The position numbers and the translations under genes are program-made. A stretch of DNA of 40,153 bases from a virus (lineage: Duplodnaviria; Heunggongvirae; Uroviricota; Caudoviricetes): the IMG/VR virus record IMGVR_UViG_3300005260_000047, one strand, 5' to 3'. The notes beneath the pieces were generated by a model, which saw only the letters and a program-made list of their open reading frames with translations, ran no database searches and was not told the DNA's origin. Of the stretch, positions 25,961 through 35,516 are shown piece by piece (position 1 is the first letter of the stretch; the number at the start of each line of letters is the position of its first letter).

Positions 25961-26617
25961 TTAACCCGAATCTCGGTTCATCAACATCGCGAATAAGTCA
26001 ACCGGCGGCGGAGCAATATCAGATGCGGGCGGCACATACTGCACCTCGTCAATCGTCAAGGCGGCGGAAATCGTGTGGCTGCCGCACAGAACCGTGCCGT
26101 ATAAAAGCTGCACCGGCACGCCCTGCATGGAGGTGTTGACCGGCCCATCGAAATAGGTATTGGTGCCATTCTTTTTCTGATTCTGGTCATTCGAGGTGGA
26201 CGGTCGCGGCGATAGCATTTCAATGGCGCCGCCCAACATCATCGCGACGCCAATATTGCCGACGATCATGCCCACGCCCGTCCACCCCATCGCATAGCCG
26301 ACAACAGCCAGCACCGCGCCTACCACGAACTTGGCCGCGCCGCCCGCGCCCGCCGTCAATGGCACGAAGGTGACGCGACATGGCTTTGCTTGCAAAAAGA
26401 TCGTGTCGTTGTCGAGTTCTACAATTCTGCCGTCGGCAAACTCGCAGACCACTTGATAGCGGCCGTATTTGGCCAGGCTGCTTTTGATCCAGGTAAATAG
26501 CCCTGGTTCATTGGCGTCAATGATCCGCAGCGCTTCGGCCGGACTGTCGATTGCCAGATTCCATTCGCGCCCGAATCGCTTGCCGAGCGCGCCTTCCAAA
26601 ATGACTTGGGTTAGCAT
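25961..26617 (-). CDS. Tail assembly protein I
   Basis: LEGALGKRFG, SPAEALR, TYFDGPVNT..QG.PV.LLYG. Confidence 0.9.
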   Translation of the reverse strand: MLTQVILEGALGKRFGREWNLAIDSPAEALRIIDANEPGLFTWIKSSLAKYGRYQVVCEFADGRIVELDNDTIFLQAKPCRVTFVPLTAGAGGAAKFVVGAVLAVVGYAMGWTGVGMIVGNIGVAMMLGGAIEMLSPRPSTSNDQNQKKNGTNTYFDGPVNTSMQGVPVQLLYGTVLCGSHTISAALTIDEVQYVPPASDIAPPPVDLFAMLMNRDSG

Positions 26618-27354
26618 AGTGTGGCGTGCCTTACATGGTGAATCGTGTGCTTGGCCCAATGGCCACCATACACATCGCGCCGCGACAGCCGCTTGTGCTG
26701 ATGGTGCAGCATCATATCGTCGCCCAGATAAATCGCCACATGATTGACCACCTCGGCCTCAATTTGCATCAGGAATACGTCGCCTTTACGCGGCTCGACA
26801 TCGATCAGCTTGACGAAGCCTTCTTGCTTGAACGATTCGGAAAAAAAATCGTAGCCCTTGTGCCACCACTGGTCGATGCGCGGATAGTCGCGCAGCACAA
26901 TGCCGTGTTCGCGCCGGTAATAGTCTTGCACCAGCGAATAGCAGTCGTAGATTCCGTAGAAATACGGACGGCCAATGTAGTCTACCGGCGTGTCGTCCGG
27001 CTCAATGATGGTCGGGCCTTCAAAGATAAAGCCGGCCTCGGTCTTCTTGATGCCGATAATGATCCACGGCACACCGCCGTTGTTGCAGCCGGCAATATCC
27101 TTTTCGGAGGGCTTGGGGGCAATCTCGCAATGCGAATGCCATACCGCGACGATCTCGCCCTCTTTGCGCGCCTTGACATAATCAACCGCCGAAATAGTGA
27201 AAAAGTTGCGCGGGTCGCCGTCGATGTTTTCGCATTCGATGAACTTGGGCTTTTTGCCAACCGACACCACCAACCCGCATGCTTCATGCGGGTAGCTGGC
27301 GGCCGCCGCCGCCTGGATCTGCGCAAGCAGCGCGTTATCAGTTGCCAGTAACAT
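26611..27354 (-). CDS. Tail assembly protein K (JAB/MPN plus NlpC/P60)
   Basis: YPHEACG, WHSH, PSEKD, GRPYFYGIYDCYSLVQDYY, HVAIYLG. Confidence 0.92.
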   Translation of the reverse strand: MLLATDNALLAQIQAAAAASYPHEACGLVVSVGKKPKFIECENIDGDPRNFFTISAVDYVKARKEGEIVAVWHSHCEIAPKPSEKDIAGCNNGGVPWIIIGIKKTEAGFIFEGPTIIEPDDTPVDYIGRPYFYGIYDCYSLVQDYYRREHGIVLRDYPRIDQWWHKGYDFFSESFKQEGFVKLIDVEPRKGDVFLMQIEAEVVNHVAIYLGDDMMLHHQHKRLSRRDVYGGHWAKHTIHHVRHATLC

Positions 27355-28048
27355 TGACGCGCACTGCTCCAGGAAAACCGCCGAACGGCAACACGTCGAA
27401 GCCAAATCTGGCACGACAATTTGAAAAACGCTTGCTGCAAAAGTCATTCGATCGCGAGCAAGATTTGTCGTTCTTGTCCAAGTAAGGGCCGGCATAGCCG
27501 CATTCAGGGCCGCGATAGCGCCAGGGGCAGGAGTTCTGCAATACCTGGCGGTATGGCAGCATGACGCCCTGCAAATCGAAGGCCGAACTCAGTTCCCATT
27601 CAATGACATAGCGGTTTTCCGACAGCTTTTGCTCGACAAACCACAGGTCGTCCTTCAAACGCTGCTGCGGATCGGCTTCGGGATTGACGCCGCCAGGGAA
27701 GTTGACCGCATCCAGAAAGCGCGCATAGGTGCGCTTTCTGATTATCTTGCAGCCGACCAGGTCATCGTTTTCCATTGCCAGTGCCGAAAACGCACCCCCG
27801 ACGTTGGCGATTCGAATCTTTGGCCGCGGCAGCGCCCCCTTTGTCGTGACATCAAAGCCTTCGACCTCAATCGGCGCCGCCATGTATGTATTGCCCTGCC
27901 ATACCACCGGCTGCGTCAGTGTGTTGGTGCCGGCATGAAAGCGCTCGATCTGCCCGCCAGGCAAATTGGTCATGTCGAGTTCGAACAACTCGACCAAGGC
28001 AGACGGTGACAGCGATTGCAGCTCGGTTTGAATGGTCGGCATGATCAA
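27338..28048 (-). CDS. Minor tail protein L
   Basis: VWQGNTY...PIEVEGF, LPRP, C.WRYRGPECGY, C.KRFSNCRARF, FGGFPG. Confidence 0.93.
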   Translation of the reverse strand: MIMPTIQTELQSLSPSALVELFELDMTNLPGGQIERFHAGTNTLTQPVVWQGNTYMAAPIEVEGFDVTTKGALPRPKIRIANVGGAFSALAMENDDLVGCKIIRKRTYARFLDAVNFPGGVNPEADPQQRLKDDLWFVEQKLSENRYVIEWELSSAFDLQGVMLPYRQVLQNSCPWRYRGPECGYAGPYLDKNDKSCSRSNDFCSKRFSNCRARFGFDVLPFGGFPGAVRVNVTGN

Positions 28049-28380
28049 TATTCAAAGACTTGTTCAAAGTCGCAGGTGATTTCCAGCGTGCCGCTGTTTG
28101 GCTTGGCCCGCCATCCGCGGCAGACGTACACACCCGCATCTTCCAGCGGCGTCGTCCAGTCGAATGCCTCCACCGCGCCGCGCGCCTTTAAAAAAGCAAT
28201 GATGTCTTTGCCTTCGGTGCGGGTGCGAAAGAAGGTCAGCGACCATTTCTGCGGCTGACTATTCAATCCATCGGGCGCGCGCGCCTCGTAACCGTCACCG
28301 AACTTGGTGACGGTTACGTTGGGCTTGGCATCCAGTTGCGAATCAACGTCCGGAAACCATGTAAAAACAGGTCTGCTCAT
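28045..28380 (-). CDS. Minor tail protein M
   Basis: FTWFPD, FGDGYEAR..DGLN, AFDWTTP, FEQVF. Confidence 0.93.
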   Translation of the reverse strand: MSRPVFTWFPDVDSQLDAKPNVTVTKFGDGYEARAPDGLNSQPQKWSLTFFRTRTEGKDIIAFLKARGAVEAFDWTTPLEDAGVYVCRGWRAKPNSGTLEITCDFEQVFEY

Positions 28381-28385
28381 GCCTT

Positions 28386-28415
28386 ATGATAACTCATCGG
28401 TGACTTATGTGTAAA
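28386..28415 (-). promoter_or_regulatory. Operator copy (28390-28407) in the spacer of TTTACA-18-TATCAT
   Basis: + strand taactca-tcgg-tgactta; includes the tape measure stop codon. Confidence 0.7.
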
Positions 28416-31400
28416 GGGCGCCACCTGGCCGCTTTTGCTTGACCAGCTCGTCCTGCACCACGGCGCGTACACGGTCAGCCATTTGCTTGTAGCTGGAAGC
28501 GTCGCCGGACGCCTTTTCCGAAGTCGTGCCGCCTTGGTTGACCGTGATTGAAATCACGACGTTTTGGCCGCCGTCGCTCTGGCCGCCATTGCCATCGACT
28601 TTCATGGTGACGGGGATCGAGCGACCGTCTGGCAGCGGCACATACGCTTCGTTCATGCTGCCTTCGCCAAAGAGCGCCAGTTGCGGGCTGTTGGCAATGC
28701 CGCCGCTTGCGTATTTCTTCAACGGCATGCTGCCCATCGAAGACATGATGCCGCCGTTAGCGAAGGCGCTTGCCACGCTTGACGCCGCCTGCTGCATGGC
28801 GAGCTGATCCAGCGCTGCTGCCGCCATCTGCGCAGACGCAGAGAGCCAGTCAAGCGTTGCGCTGGCCGCAGTTTGCGCAACGGAAGCCTCGCCCGTTTGC
28901 ACTGCTTGCTGCACCAGCCCCATTGTCGCCTGTTCGACACCCTGCGTTGCCATGTCGGTCAGGCCGGTATTGGCGACATTGGCGGTGCCGGCCATCTTAC
29001 GCATGCTCTCCATGAACATCGCCTGGGCGCTTTGCCCCGCCATGCCGGCCGCCGCCTGGGTCGTGCCTTCGCCGACAGTTTGAGCGGCCGGCTGCGCGGT
29101 CGCATTGGGCGCCATCATGCCGAGCAATCCGCCAATCTTGCCGCCGATCCCGCCAAATGCCTCAGTAATCTTCTGACCAAAGCTTTGCTTGAGCTGCATG
29201 TTCAGAATATCCGTCAGCATGCTGGCCAGGAAATTGCGCCATGAAGACTTCGCGCCAGTCAGTGTCTTGCCCAGTTCGCCCAAAAAGCCGTTAGACCATG
29301 TGGCGGTGGCGTCATTGATCTGCTGGTAGCCATCCTTCCACTGCTCCGCCATTTTCTCGATTGGCGTCATCATGGAGCGTTGCACTTTCTTGTTGTGCAG
29401 ATCGATCTCTTCCGCGCGCATGCTGAGAATCTTGCCAACGTCGGCATTGTTCTTCATCGCCAGTGCGATTTGCTCGTCGTAGCGCTGCTTGATGTCATTC
29501 AGCTCGATCTCGCCTTCGGCTTGCAGCCGCTCGCGCGTATTGACGATCGACTGAACGCGCAGATCCTTGAGCCTTTTTTCGTTTTCAATGGTGAATGTAG
29601 CAACGTCCTTGCGCGCAGCCAGCTCTGTCATCTTCTTGACTTCAGGCTCAAGCTGCGCCAGTGCAGCGCGCGCCTCCGCACTATGGGTGGCGATACCGCG
29701 CAGCATGGCCACGACGGCGTTTTCCGCCCTGGCTTGCGGCTTGTTGGTGTTGCCGTTAGCAGCGCGCGCCTCCAGATCCTCAACCTCGTCTGACAATTTC
29801 GGCAGCTTGGAGCGCAGCGCTTGCAGCTCGGCCGCGGCATTGAGCAGCACCTTCTTATTGGTGATGGCCTCAACTAACTCCGCTTCCTGGGCTTTGCTGT
29901 GCGCCTGCTTGGTGTGCGTGTCGTTTTCCAGCAGCAGAGCGACTTCCTGGCGTGCCTGCTCACGCAGCAGCCCAACCTCGCTTGCGTCCGACTTCATGCT
30001 TTCTAATGTCTGCTTAGCATGCAGCAGGCCCAACTGCTCTGAATGCAGCCGCGACAGAATAGCGTCAGTCGGTTTTGTGGCCGGCCCTTTCTTGTTATTA
30101 GCGAGAAGCGTTGGTTCTGCCGCTAAGTGCGCAACACCCGAATCAACGTTCGATACATCGATCTGCAATTGCTCAACAAGCTTTTGATAGGCTTCTTTTT
30201 GCTCTTGCGTAATCTTTCCGGCCGCAATCAATTCTTCGTATTTTCTCTGAGCTGAGATCAGGGCATTTTTTTTCGCCTTCAATGCATTCTCATCGACCTC
30301 GCCCACATCCTTCAGATACGCTTTTTTCTGCGCGTCCGTCGGCTTGCCCAACTTCTCGAATTGCTCCTTGAGTTTAGCGCGCTGCGTTTTGAACGGAACC
30401 ATCGCCAGATCGGCGCTGCGCTCGGCCTCCGCCTTCAGGTCGGACGCATACAGTTCCGCCTCTTTGCGAAACACCTGCTTCGCCCCATCGGCAAAGTTGC
30501 GTTGCTCGGTTTGAATTGCGCTTAAAAGTTGCTTATTCTGCTCTTTTAATTCTTCAATGCGCTTCTTAGCGCCCTTATCGCCCGCCTTGGCGTCTGGCGT
30601 CAGAACCTCGATCAGTTTTTCGTTAGCATGCACGCGATCAGTCTTGGCGCCGATGTCATTATTGACAGATTCCAAGTGTTGCTTGCTGGCTTGCCCACGT
30701 TCGACCAGCTCCGACATTTGCAGCGCGATCTTTGCGTCTTCCGCCGCTTTCTTCGCCTTCGAGCTGAAATAATCCCACGCCCAGACTGCCGCCGTGATTG
30801 CAATGACAAGACCATTCATCGAGAACACGATGTTCTTCAGCCAGCCGATCGCCGTCGATGCTGCCGCACCCATCAGACCCATCGCTTTATTGGACGCGGT
30901 AATCGCCTTGGCCTGCGCTTCATACTGCGCAACCACCTGCTTTAATCCGTTATTCTGCTGCGTGAGTGACGTGACTGTGGCGTTGGTGGCGTTAGTCGAG
31001 ATCGCAGTTAGCTCGGATCGCAGCTTTTCTGCCTTGTTGTTCCTTTCAAGCGCAATGGCGTTATTGATCAGCGCTTCCCGCTCCTCTTTAAGCAGATCGG
31101 CGTTGGCCTTCAAACCATTTACATCAATCATCAAACGGCGTGAATCAGCGCCGGATCCAGCCTTCTTACTGCGCGCAAGTTGCTCTGCCTGTAATTCAAG
31201 GGCCATAGCCTGTGAACGAATGCGGGTCTCGATCGCCAGCATTTCGCGAGCGCGACGCTCATGCGCCGCAATCATGGCATTGTCAGTCTTGATCTTTTCT
31301 TCAAGTTCCTGGGCGTTTAACGCTTTTTCAGCCTCGACACGCGCCTTCTCCGCTGTAATCGCCTCTTCATTGCGGCGGATTCGCTCGTTGAATTGAGCGA

Positions 31401-32571
31401 CCTGCGTTTCGACAGCACGCTTTGCGGCGGCCACCTCATCTGCTGCGGCCTGCACCGACGCATTGCGCTTGGCGATAATGGACAGACGCACGCTGTTGAG
31501 ACTATCGGTGATCTTTTTACCGGCGCCGGCGGCTTGGCCGACAGCCCAATACATTACCCATACCTTGCCGGCCGCGATGATTGTGTCCGACAGCTCGACG
31601 ATCTTTTTCGTAATATTGACGATTGACACCAGTGCGTCATTCAAGCCGCGTCCGATAGAGCGCGCAAGCGAAGCTGAAGAATCGCCATTGAACGCCGCCA
31701 GCAGGTCTCCCACTGCTTTCTTAGCGCCGTCAAATAAACCCTGATTGCCGATATCGAGCTTGAACAGTTCCCACTTGGTCTTTAACCGCTCCAGCGTGCC
31801 AACCCATGTATCCATCATTTGCGCCGCGGCGCCGGCATTGTCAATGCTCATAACGATGAGCATCTTCTCCATAGCGGATTTCGCCTCTACCGTTCCTTTC
31901 GACACGGCCTTGGTCAACTCCGCCATAGTCATATGCATGCCGTCCGCCATTGCCTGCATCGCTGTCGGCACTGCCTCGCCCAATTGCTGACGCAACTCCT
32001 CCATCGACACGACACCCTTGCCGCCCATCTGCTGCATGGCGATCGCCGCGCGTTTCAAGGATTCGGAATTGCCGCCAAAGCGCGCAACCGAGTCCACCAA
32101 CGCCTTCAAGGAGCCATTGACTGGATCGATGCCGCCCGTTTTCAGCTTGACGAAGGCATCACCAAGTGCCTTAATCTCAAACGGCGTGTTCTGCGCCATA
32201 TTGAACAGGAACTTGACGTTGGATGCAGCTTCGAGTTTTCTCCTTGCGTCATCTGTTTCTTTAGACAGCCCCTCCATCAGCTTGCCCAGGCGCTCGATCT
32301 CGCCGGAAGTCTTCAGGATGGCCAGCGGCAGCGACAAGAAAATGTCGCGCACGTCCATCAGGGCAAAGCGCGCCATGCCCATCGTCGTGACGACCTGGTG
32401 CGCCTTCGCCCCAAAGGAGGTAAGGTGGTTTTCTACGTTCTGGATGGACTTGGCCGTCGAGGCCAGGTTTTGCTCAAGCTGCTTGATGGCGCCACTGGCG
32501 TCGCGGATCCCGACCTTAAAGCCGCCATCGTCCAGAGTGAGAACGACCTTAATTTCCTTGCCAAGCGCCAT
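28405..32571 (-). CDS. Tape measure protein
   Basis: 1388 aa, tape-measure N-domain (QMGGKGVVSMEELRQQLGE), coiled coils, C-terminal ASGGI...GEG..EAYVPL. Confidence 0.93.
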   Translation of the reverse strand: MALGKEIKVVLTLDDGGFKVGIRDASGAIKQLEQNLASTAKSIQNVENHLTSFGAKAHQVVTTMGMARFALMDVRDIFLSLPLAILKTSGEIERLGKLMEGLSKETDDARRKLEAASNVKFLFNMAQNTPFEIKALGDAFVKLKTGGIDPVNGSLKALVDSVARFGGNSESLKRAAIAMQQMGGKGVVSMEELRQQLGEAVPTAMQAMADGMHMTMAELTKAVSKGTVEAKSAMEKMLIVMSIDNAGAAAQMMDTWVGTLERLKTKWELFKLDIGNQGLFDGAKKAVGDLLAAFNGDSSASLARSIGRGLNDALVSIVNITKKIVELSDTIIAAGKVWVMYWAVGQAAGAGKKITDSLNSVRLSIIAKRNASVQAAADEVAAAKRAVETQVAQFNERIRRNEEAITAEKARVEAEKALNAQELEEKIKTDNAMIAAHERRAREMLAIETRIRSQAMALELQAEQLARSKKAGSGADSRRLMIDVNGLKANADLLKEEREALINNAIALERNNKAEKLRSELTAISTNATNATVTSLTQQNNGLKQVVAQYEAQAKAITASNKAMGLMGAAASTAIGWLKNIVFSMNGLVIAITAAVWAWDYFSSKAKKAAEDAKIALQMSELVERGQASKQHLESVNNDIGAKTDRVHANEKLIEVLTPDAKAGDKGAKKRIEELKEQNKQLLSAIQTEQRNFADGAKQVFRKEAELYASDLKAEAERSADLAMVPFKTQRAKLKEQFEKLGKPTDAQKKAYLKDVGEVDENALKAKKNALISAQRKYEELIAAGKITQEQKEAYQKLVEQLQIDVSNVDSGVAHLAAEPTLLANNKKGPATKPTDAILSRLHSEQLGLLHAKQTLESMKSDASEVGLLREQARQEVALLLENDTHTKQAHSKAQEAELVEAITNKKVLLNAAAELQALRSKLPKLSDEVEDLEARAANGNTNKPQARAENAVVAMLRGIATHSAEARAALAQLEPEVKKMTELAARKDVATFTIENEKRLKDLRVQSIVNTRERLQAEGEIELNDIKQRYDEQIALAMKNNADVGKILSMRAEEIDLHNKKVQRSMMTPIEKMAEQWKDGYQQINDATATWSNGFLGELGKTLTGAKSSWRNFLASMLTDILNMQLKQSFGQKITEAFGGIGGKIGGLLGMMAPNATAQPAAQTVGEGTTQAAAGMAGQSAQAMFMESMRKMAGTANVANTGLTDMATQGVEQATMGLVQQAVQTGEASVAQTAASATLDWLSASAQMAAAALDQLAMQQAASSVASAFANGGIMSSMGSMPLKKYASGGIANSPQLALFGEGSMNEAYVPLPDGRSIPVTMKVDGNGGQSDGGQNVVISITVNQGGTTSEKASGDASSYKQMADRVRAVVQDELVKQKRPGGALYT

Positions 32572-32585
32572 TTATCAACCTCAAG

Positions 32586-32939
32586 TCACAAAAGTTTCGA
32601 CAGCTCCTTCAATTCAGCGAAGCCCGCCTCGTCACGCTCTTCCTGAATGTATGGCCGTCCTTGAGACTCGCCGCTTACCTTCACGATCGTGCCGGCTTCC
32701 ACGATCAAGCGTTGCCGGAGTTGCTGCGCTGCCTCCCCCATAGCGGTGGCCGCTACCGAGATCGACAGGCTGCGCATGTCCTTCTGGGCTTGAATCCGAT
32801 CGATGTTCTCGTTCATCAGCCAGAAGGTCTTGATCGGCAGTGTCATGACTGCCGGATAGCTCTGCGCATAAAAGTGCATCACCCGACAGAAGAAGAAACC
32901 AAAGTCGATTTCCTCGACCGCCGGCTTGCTTACTTTCCC
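32586..32939 (-). CDS. Tail assembly chaperone gpT-like segment, reached by -1 frameshift
   Basis: Open -1 frame from slippery GGGAAAG (32933-32939) to TGA at 32586. Confidence 0.75.
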   Translation of the reverse strand, partial: GKVSKPAVEEIDFGFFFCRVMHFYAQSYPAVMTLPIKTFWLMNENIDRIQAQKDMRSLSISVAATAMGEAAQQLRQRLIVEAGTIVKVSGESQGRPYIQEERDEAGFAELKELSKLL

Positions 32940-33268
32940 GCTTCGCCCGCCTCTGCTTCCGTCAGCTTCTCAGTGGCTTCAGCCAAGTCGTCACCGCGCA
33001 CGAAGGCGGCGATCTTGCCGAGGTTTTCGAGCGAGTAGCTGCCCAACGCCTCGCGCGGCACGCCAGGCACGGCGCGCATGATCATCTGCACCGTCGCTTC
33101 GATCTGGTCCGCCAGGCTGTCGGATTTCTCCAGGCGCTCCGCCGCGCGGGTAGTCTCGATGAAGTTATCCACTGTCATTTTTGGAATGTCGTAGGACTTC
33201 CCCTTGATGACCAGCTCACGCCCCATTGAGGCTGCGGATAGCGCGTCGAGATTGAGAACCTTTGCCAT
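32930..33268 (-). CDS. Tail assembly chaperone gpG-like
   Basis: Between tube and tape measure genes; SD AAGGAG; ends GCG GGA AAG TAA. Confidence 0.8.
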   Translation of the reverse strand: MAKVLNLDALSAASMGRELVIKGKSYDIPKMTVDNFIETTRAAERLEKSDSLADQIEATVQMIMRAVPGVPREALGSYSLENLGKIAAFVRGDDLAEATEKLTEAEAGEAGK

Positions 33269-33282
33269 GTGCTGCTCCTTGT

Positions 33283-33312
33283 AAAACAGGCCCGCTTATT
33301 GGCAGCGGGCCT
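33283..33312 (-). terminator. Intrinsic terminator-like hairpin after the major tail gene
   Basis: Stem AGGCCCGCT/AGCGGGCCT, 7-nt loop, followed by GTTTT. Confidence 0.65.
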
Positions 33313-33331
33313 TGTGGTTGATTTATTGGTT

Positions 33332-33359
33332 ATTGTAACTCAGTCGTGACTTATTTCAA
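33332..33359 (-). promoter_or_regulatory. Operator copy (33336-33353) in the spacer of TTGAAA-16-TACAAT
   Basis: + strand taactca-gtcg-tgactta. Confidence 0.75.
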
Positions 33360-34228
33360 GCGCCAACCGTAAAAAGCTTGCCGCTTGCGTCCGGATAGCC
33401 GGTGAACTCCACGTCATAGACGCGCTCGTCTTCCAGCTTGTAGGCGAACTTCAATGCGCCTGGGGTTGCAGCCAGCGGAATGACGAAGTCTTCCGACTTG
33501 TCCGTGTCCGGCTTGGAGATGGGGTGCAAGCGCAATTCGCGCGCCAACGAGAGCAAGTCCGTGCCAATGCCGGTCGAAACAGTGACCGACTTGGAGGTCG
33601 GATCGGCTCCGCCAGTCAGGGTAGCGCCGGACATGGTGACATCAGCGCCGGCAGTGCCAGTTACCAGGGTGAACCCGTTGCCTGCGACGGACGGCTCGCC
33701 GGCATCGCCGTAAACCAGGCGGTTGCCGTAAGTGACGGTCACGACGCTGGCGGTGGCGCTGTAGGTTGCTTCGGCGATGGCCGGTGTCGTGGACTTGTTC
33801 AGCATAGCTGCCAGGTTGGCTGCCGTTTCGTCGGTAGTTGCACCAATCAGAACTTCATCAGCCGCGCCACTCAGGGCCGACTTGAAAGTCACATTCACGC
33901 CGTTGACGACAATCGTGTTGCCAGTGATCGGGTTGGTGGCGATCGTGATCGAGCCATTAGCGACAGTGCCGCCGACGGTCGTCATCACGGCGCCAGGCAT
34001 AATGGCGACCATGTTTTCGATGGTGGTTTCGGCCAGCGGAGCCTTGCAGCTCACATCGCGGCCCATCAGGTATTCATTGACCGTGGTCTTGCCGAACTGA
34101 TCCACTTGAGTCTTGTGGGTCTCGGTCTTGACTTCGACTTCGACGCCGCCCTTGGTGTAGCCGAGATCCACGCCAGCGTAGACCATCTTGCACACGCCAA
34201 GCTTGACGTTTTTCGTGCTGGATTTCAT
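33356..34228 (-). CDS. Major tail (tube) protein with internal Ala/Thr/Gly-rich domain
   Basis: VKLGVC...DLGYTKGGVEVEV.TETHK..VDQFG; C-terminal DVEFTGYPD. Confidence 0.8.
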   Translation of the reverse strand: MKSSTKNVKLGVCKMVYAGVDLGYTKGGVEVEVKTETHKTQVDQFGKTTVNEYLMGRDVSCKAPLAETTIENMVAIMPGAVMTTVGGTVANGSITIATNPITGNTIVVNGVNVTFKSALSGAADEVLIGATTDETAANLAAMLNKSTTPAIAEATYSATASVVTVTYGNRLVYGDAGEPSVAGNGFTLVTGTAGADVTMSGATLTGGADPTSKSVTVSTGIGTDLLSLARELRLHPISKPDTDKSEDFVIPLAATPGALKFAYKLEDERVYDVEFTGYPDASGKLFTVGA

Positions 34229-34251
34229 TCAAAACTCCTTTGCAAAGAGAG

Positions 34252-34273
34252 AAATTAAGTCATTAATGACTTA
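34252..34273 (-). promoter_or_regulatory. Operator copy (34256-34273), perfect 18-bp palindrome, upstream of the major tail gene
   Basis: taagtcattaatgactta; -10-like TAATTT abutting, and TGG-TATAGT 3 nt upstream. Confidence 0.75.
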
Positions 34274-34309
34274 GCGACTATACCACAAAACAGCCACTTT
34301 TCCTAGCAG

Positions 34310-34795
34310 TTACAATCCCAATTCGTCAAGCACATTTCGCAGCCTTTGGTCGAGACCCTTTTCGATCTCGGCTGCGGCGCGATCCAGAAAGCCGCCCCCG
34401 ACCTCGATGCCGCTGCGCGCCTGCTTGCTTTGCGATTTCGGCCCCAACTGCATGAAGCCATACGGCGTCAAATGTTCATGAATCTCGTAGGCGTAGTCGC
34501 CCACCGTCTTACCTGGCCGTTCGGGGATCGGCATATTCATGTCGATATACACTTCGATTTCAGTGCGTGCAAAGCGGCCATACTCATCGCGGATCCGACC
34601 TAGCTCGGTGGGCGAAATCTTGATCGCTTTCTCCAGGTTGCCTTCATCGACCGGCGCCATTGCGCGCGCCAAGCGCATGGTGTCTTGCGCCGCCTTGTAA
34701 AGTGCCGACACCACCCTCTTCTTGCCTTTTGAATCCAGGCTGATCAGCATTTCCTCTACGCTGCGCACCCCTGTGACTTCCAGCCCCACGATCAA
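34310..34795 (-). CDS. Neck/tail completion protein (HK97 gp10-like)
   Basis: ARAMAPVDEGNL, YAYEIHE, GFLDRA motifs. Confidence 0.7.
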   Translation of the reverse strand: MIVGLEVTGVRSVEEMLISLDSKGKKRVVSALYKAAQDTMRLARAMAPVDEGNLEKAIKISPTELGRIRDEYGRFARTEIEVYIDMNMPIPERPGKTVGDYAYEIHEHLTPYGFMQLGPKSQSKQARSGIEVGGGFLDRAAAEIEKGLDQRLRNVLDELGL

Positions 34796-35172
34796 GCCTC
34801 CGTAAAGCTTGCTTCGAAATCGACTGCGAACTCATACAGATTGCCATCCGACAGCGGGAACGATACGGGCTTGGTTTTTGGCCGGCAGAAATTGAAACGC
34901 ATCGTGTCGGCTGTCTGATTCGTCAGCGTCAGTGTCGTCACCACATTGCCGATCAGGGTATCTGCCGCCACATAGTCGCGCCCGCGCACGATCAGCCGAA
35001 ACTCGCTGCGGTAATAGCCTGGCAGCTCATAATCGATTGGCGTGCCTTGCAACGGGCTGCGCAACAGAATGCCGGATTCGACTTCGGCCGGCAGCATGTT
35101 TAAAAACAGGGTATCGCCCTTGACGCCAAGTCCGGCACTTTCGATCAGGTTAGCCAATGGCATCAGGTTCAT
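34792..35172 (-). CDS. Tail terminator/minor capsid-like protein
   Basis: ATGA coupling; F.LIVRGRDY..A motif; position before the tube gene. Confidence 0.6.
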   Translation of the reverse strand: MNLMPLANLIESAGLGVKGDTLFLNMLPAEVESGILLRSPLQGTPIDYELPGYYRSEFRLIVRGRDYVAADTLIGNVVTTLTLTNQTADTMRFNFCRPKTKPVSFPLSDGNLYEFAVDFEASFTEA

Positions 35173-35516
35173 TTCTCGCTCCACATCATTGCATGGATCT
35201 CGACATGATCGAGGCGACCGGCGGCGTCATGACGCGGGAAACGCCCCGACACCTTGAATTTCGCCTCTGCGATTTCCACGATATCGTCAATCTTGACTTG
35301 CGTATTCGGGCGCAGCAGCAGCACGCAATCGGCATGCAATTCGCGCGCATTGCCACGCGAAGCCGACGAGTCGGCGCGCACACTGGTCTTGGTATTGGTG
35401 ATCAGCAGCTTGACCACCGAGCATTGCTCCGACACATACGCGCCAGGCTTGGGCTGTCCATACACGTCCTTGCCGCCGGACAATTGAATGCGGCAACGCT
35501 GATTCGGCCTAAACAT
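35169..35516 (-). CDS. Head closure/head-tail adaptor-like protein
   Basis: DVYGQP...SVRADSSASRG...KIDDIVEI..FKV; position. Confidence 0.6.
   Translation of the reverse strand: MFRPNQRCRIQLSGGKDVYGQPKPGAYVSEQCSVVKLLITNTKTSVRADSSASRGNARELHADCVLLLRPNTQVKIDDIVEIAEAKFKVSGRFPRHDAAGRLDHVEIHAMMWSEK

Noticed and set aside
3443-34258. Long plus-strand ORFs in the track (for example 3443-4294, 4407-5078, 23340-24089, 31819-32646, 33524-34258)
   Set aside because: Antisense shadows of well-supported minus-strand genes in GC-rich DNA; no motifs or SD
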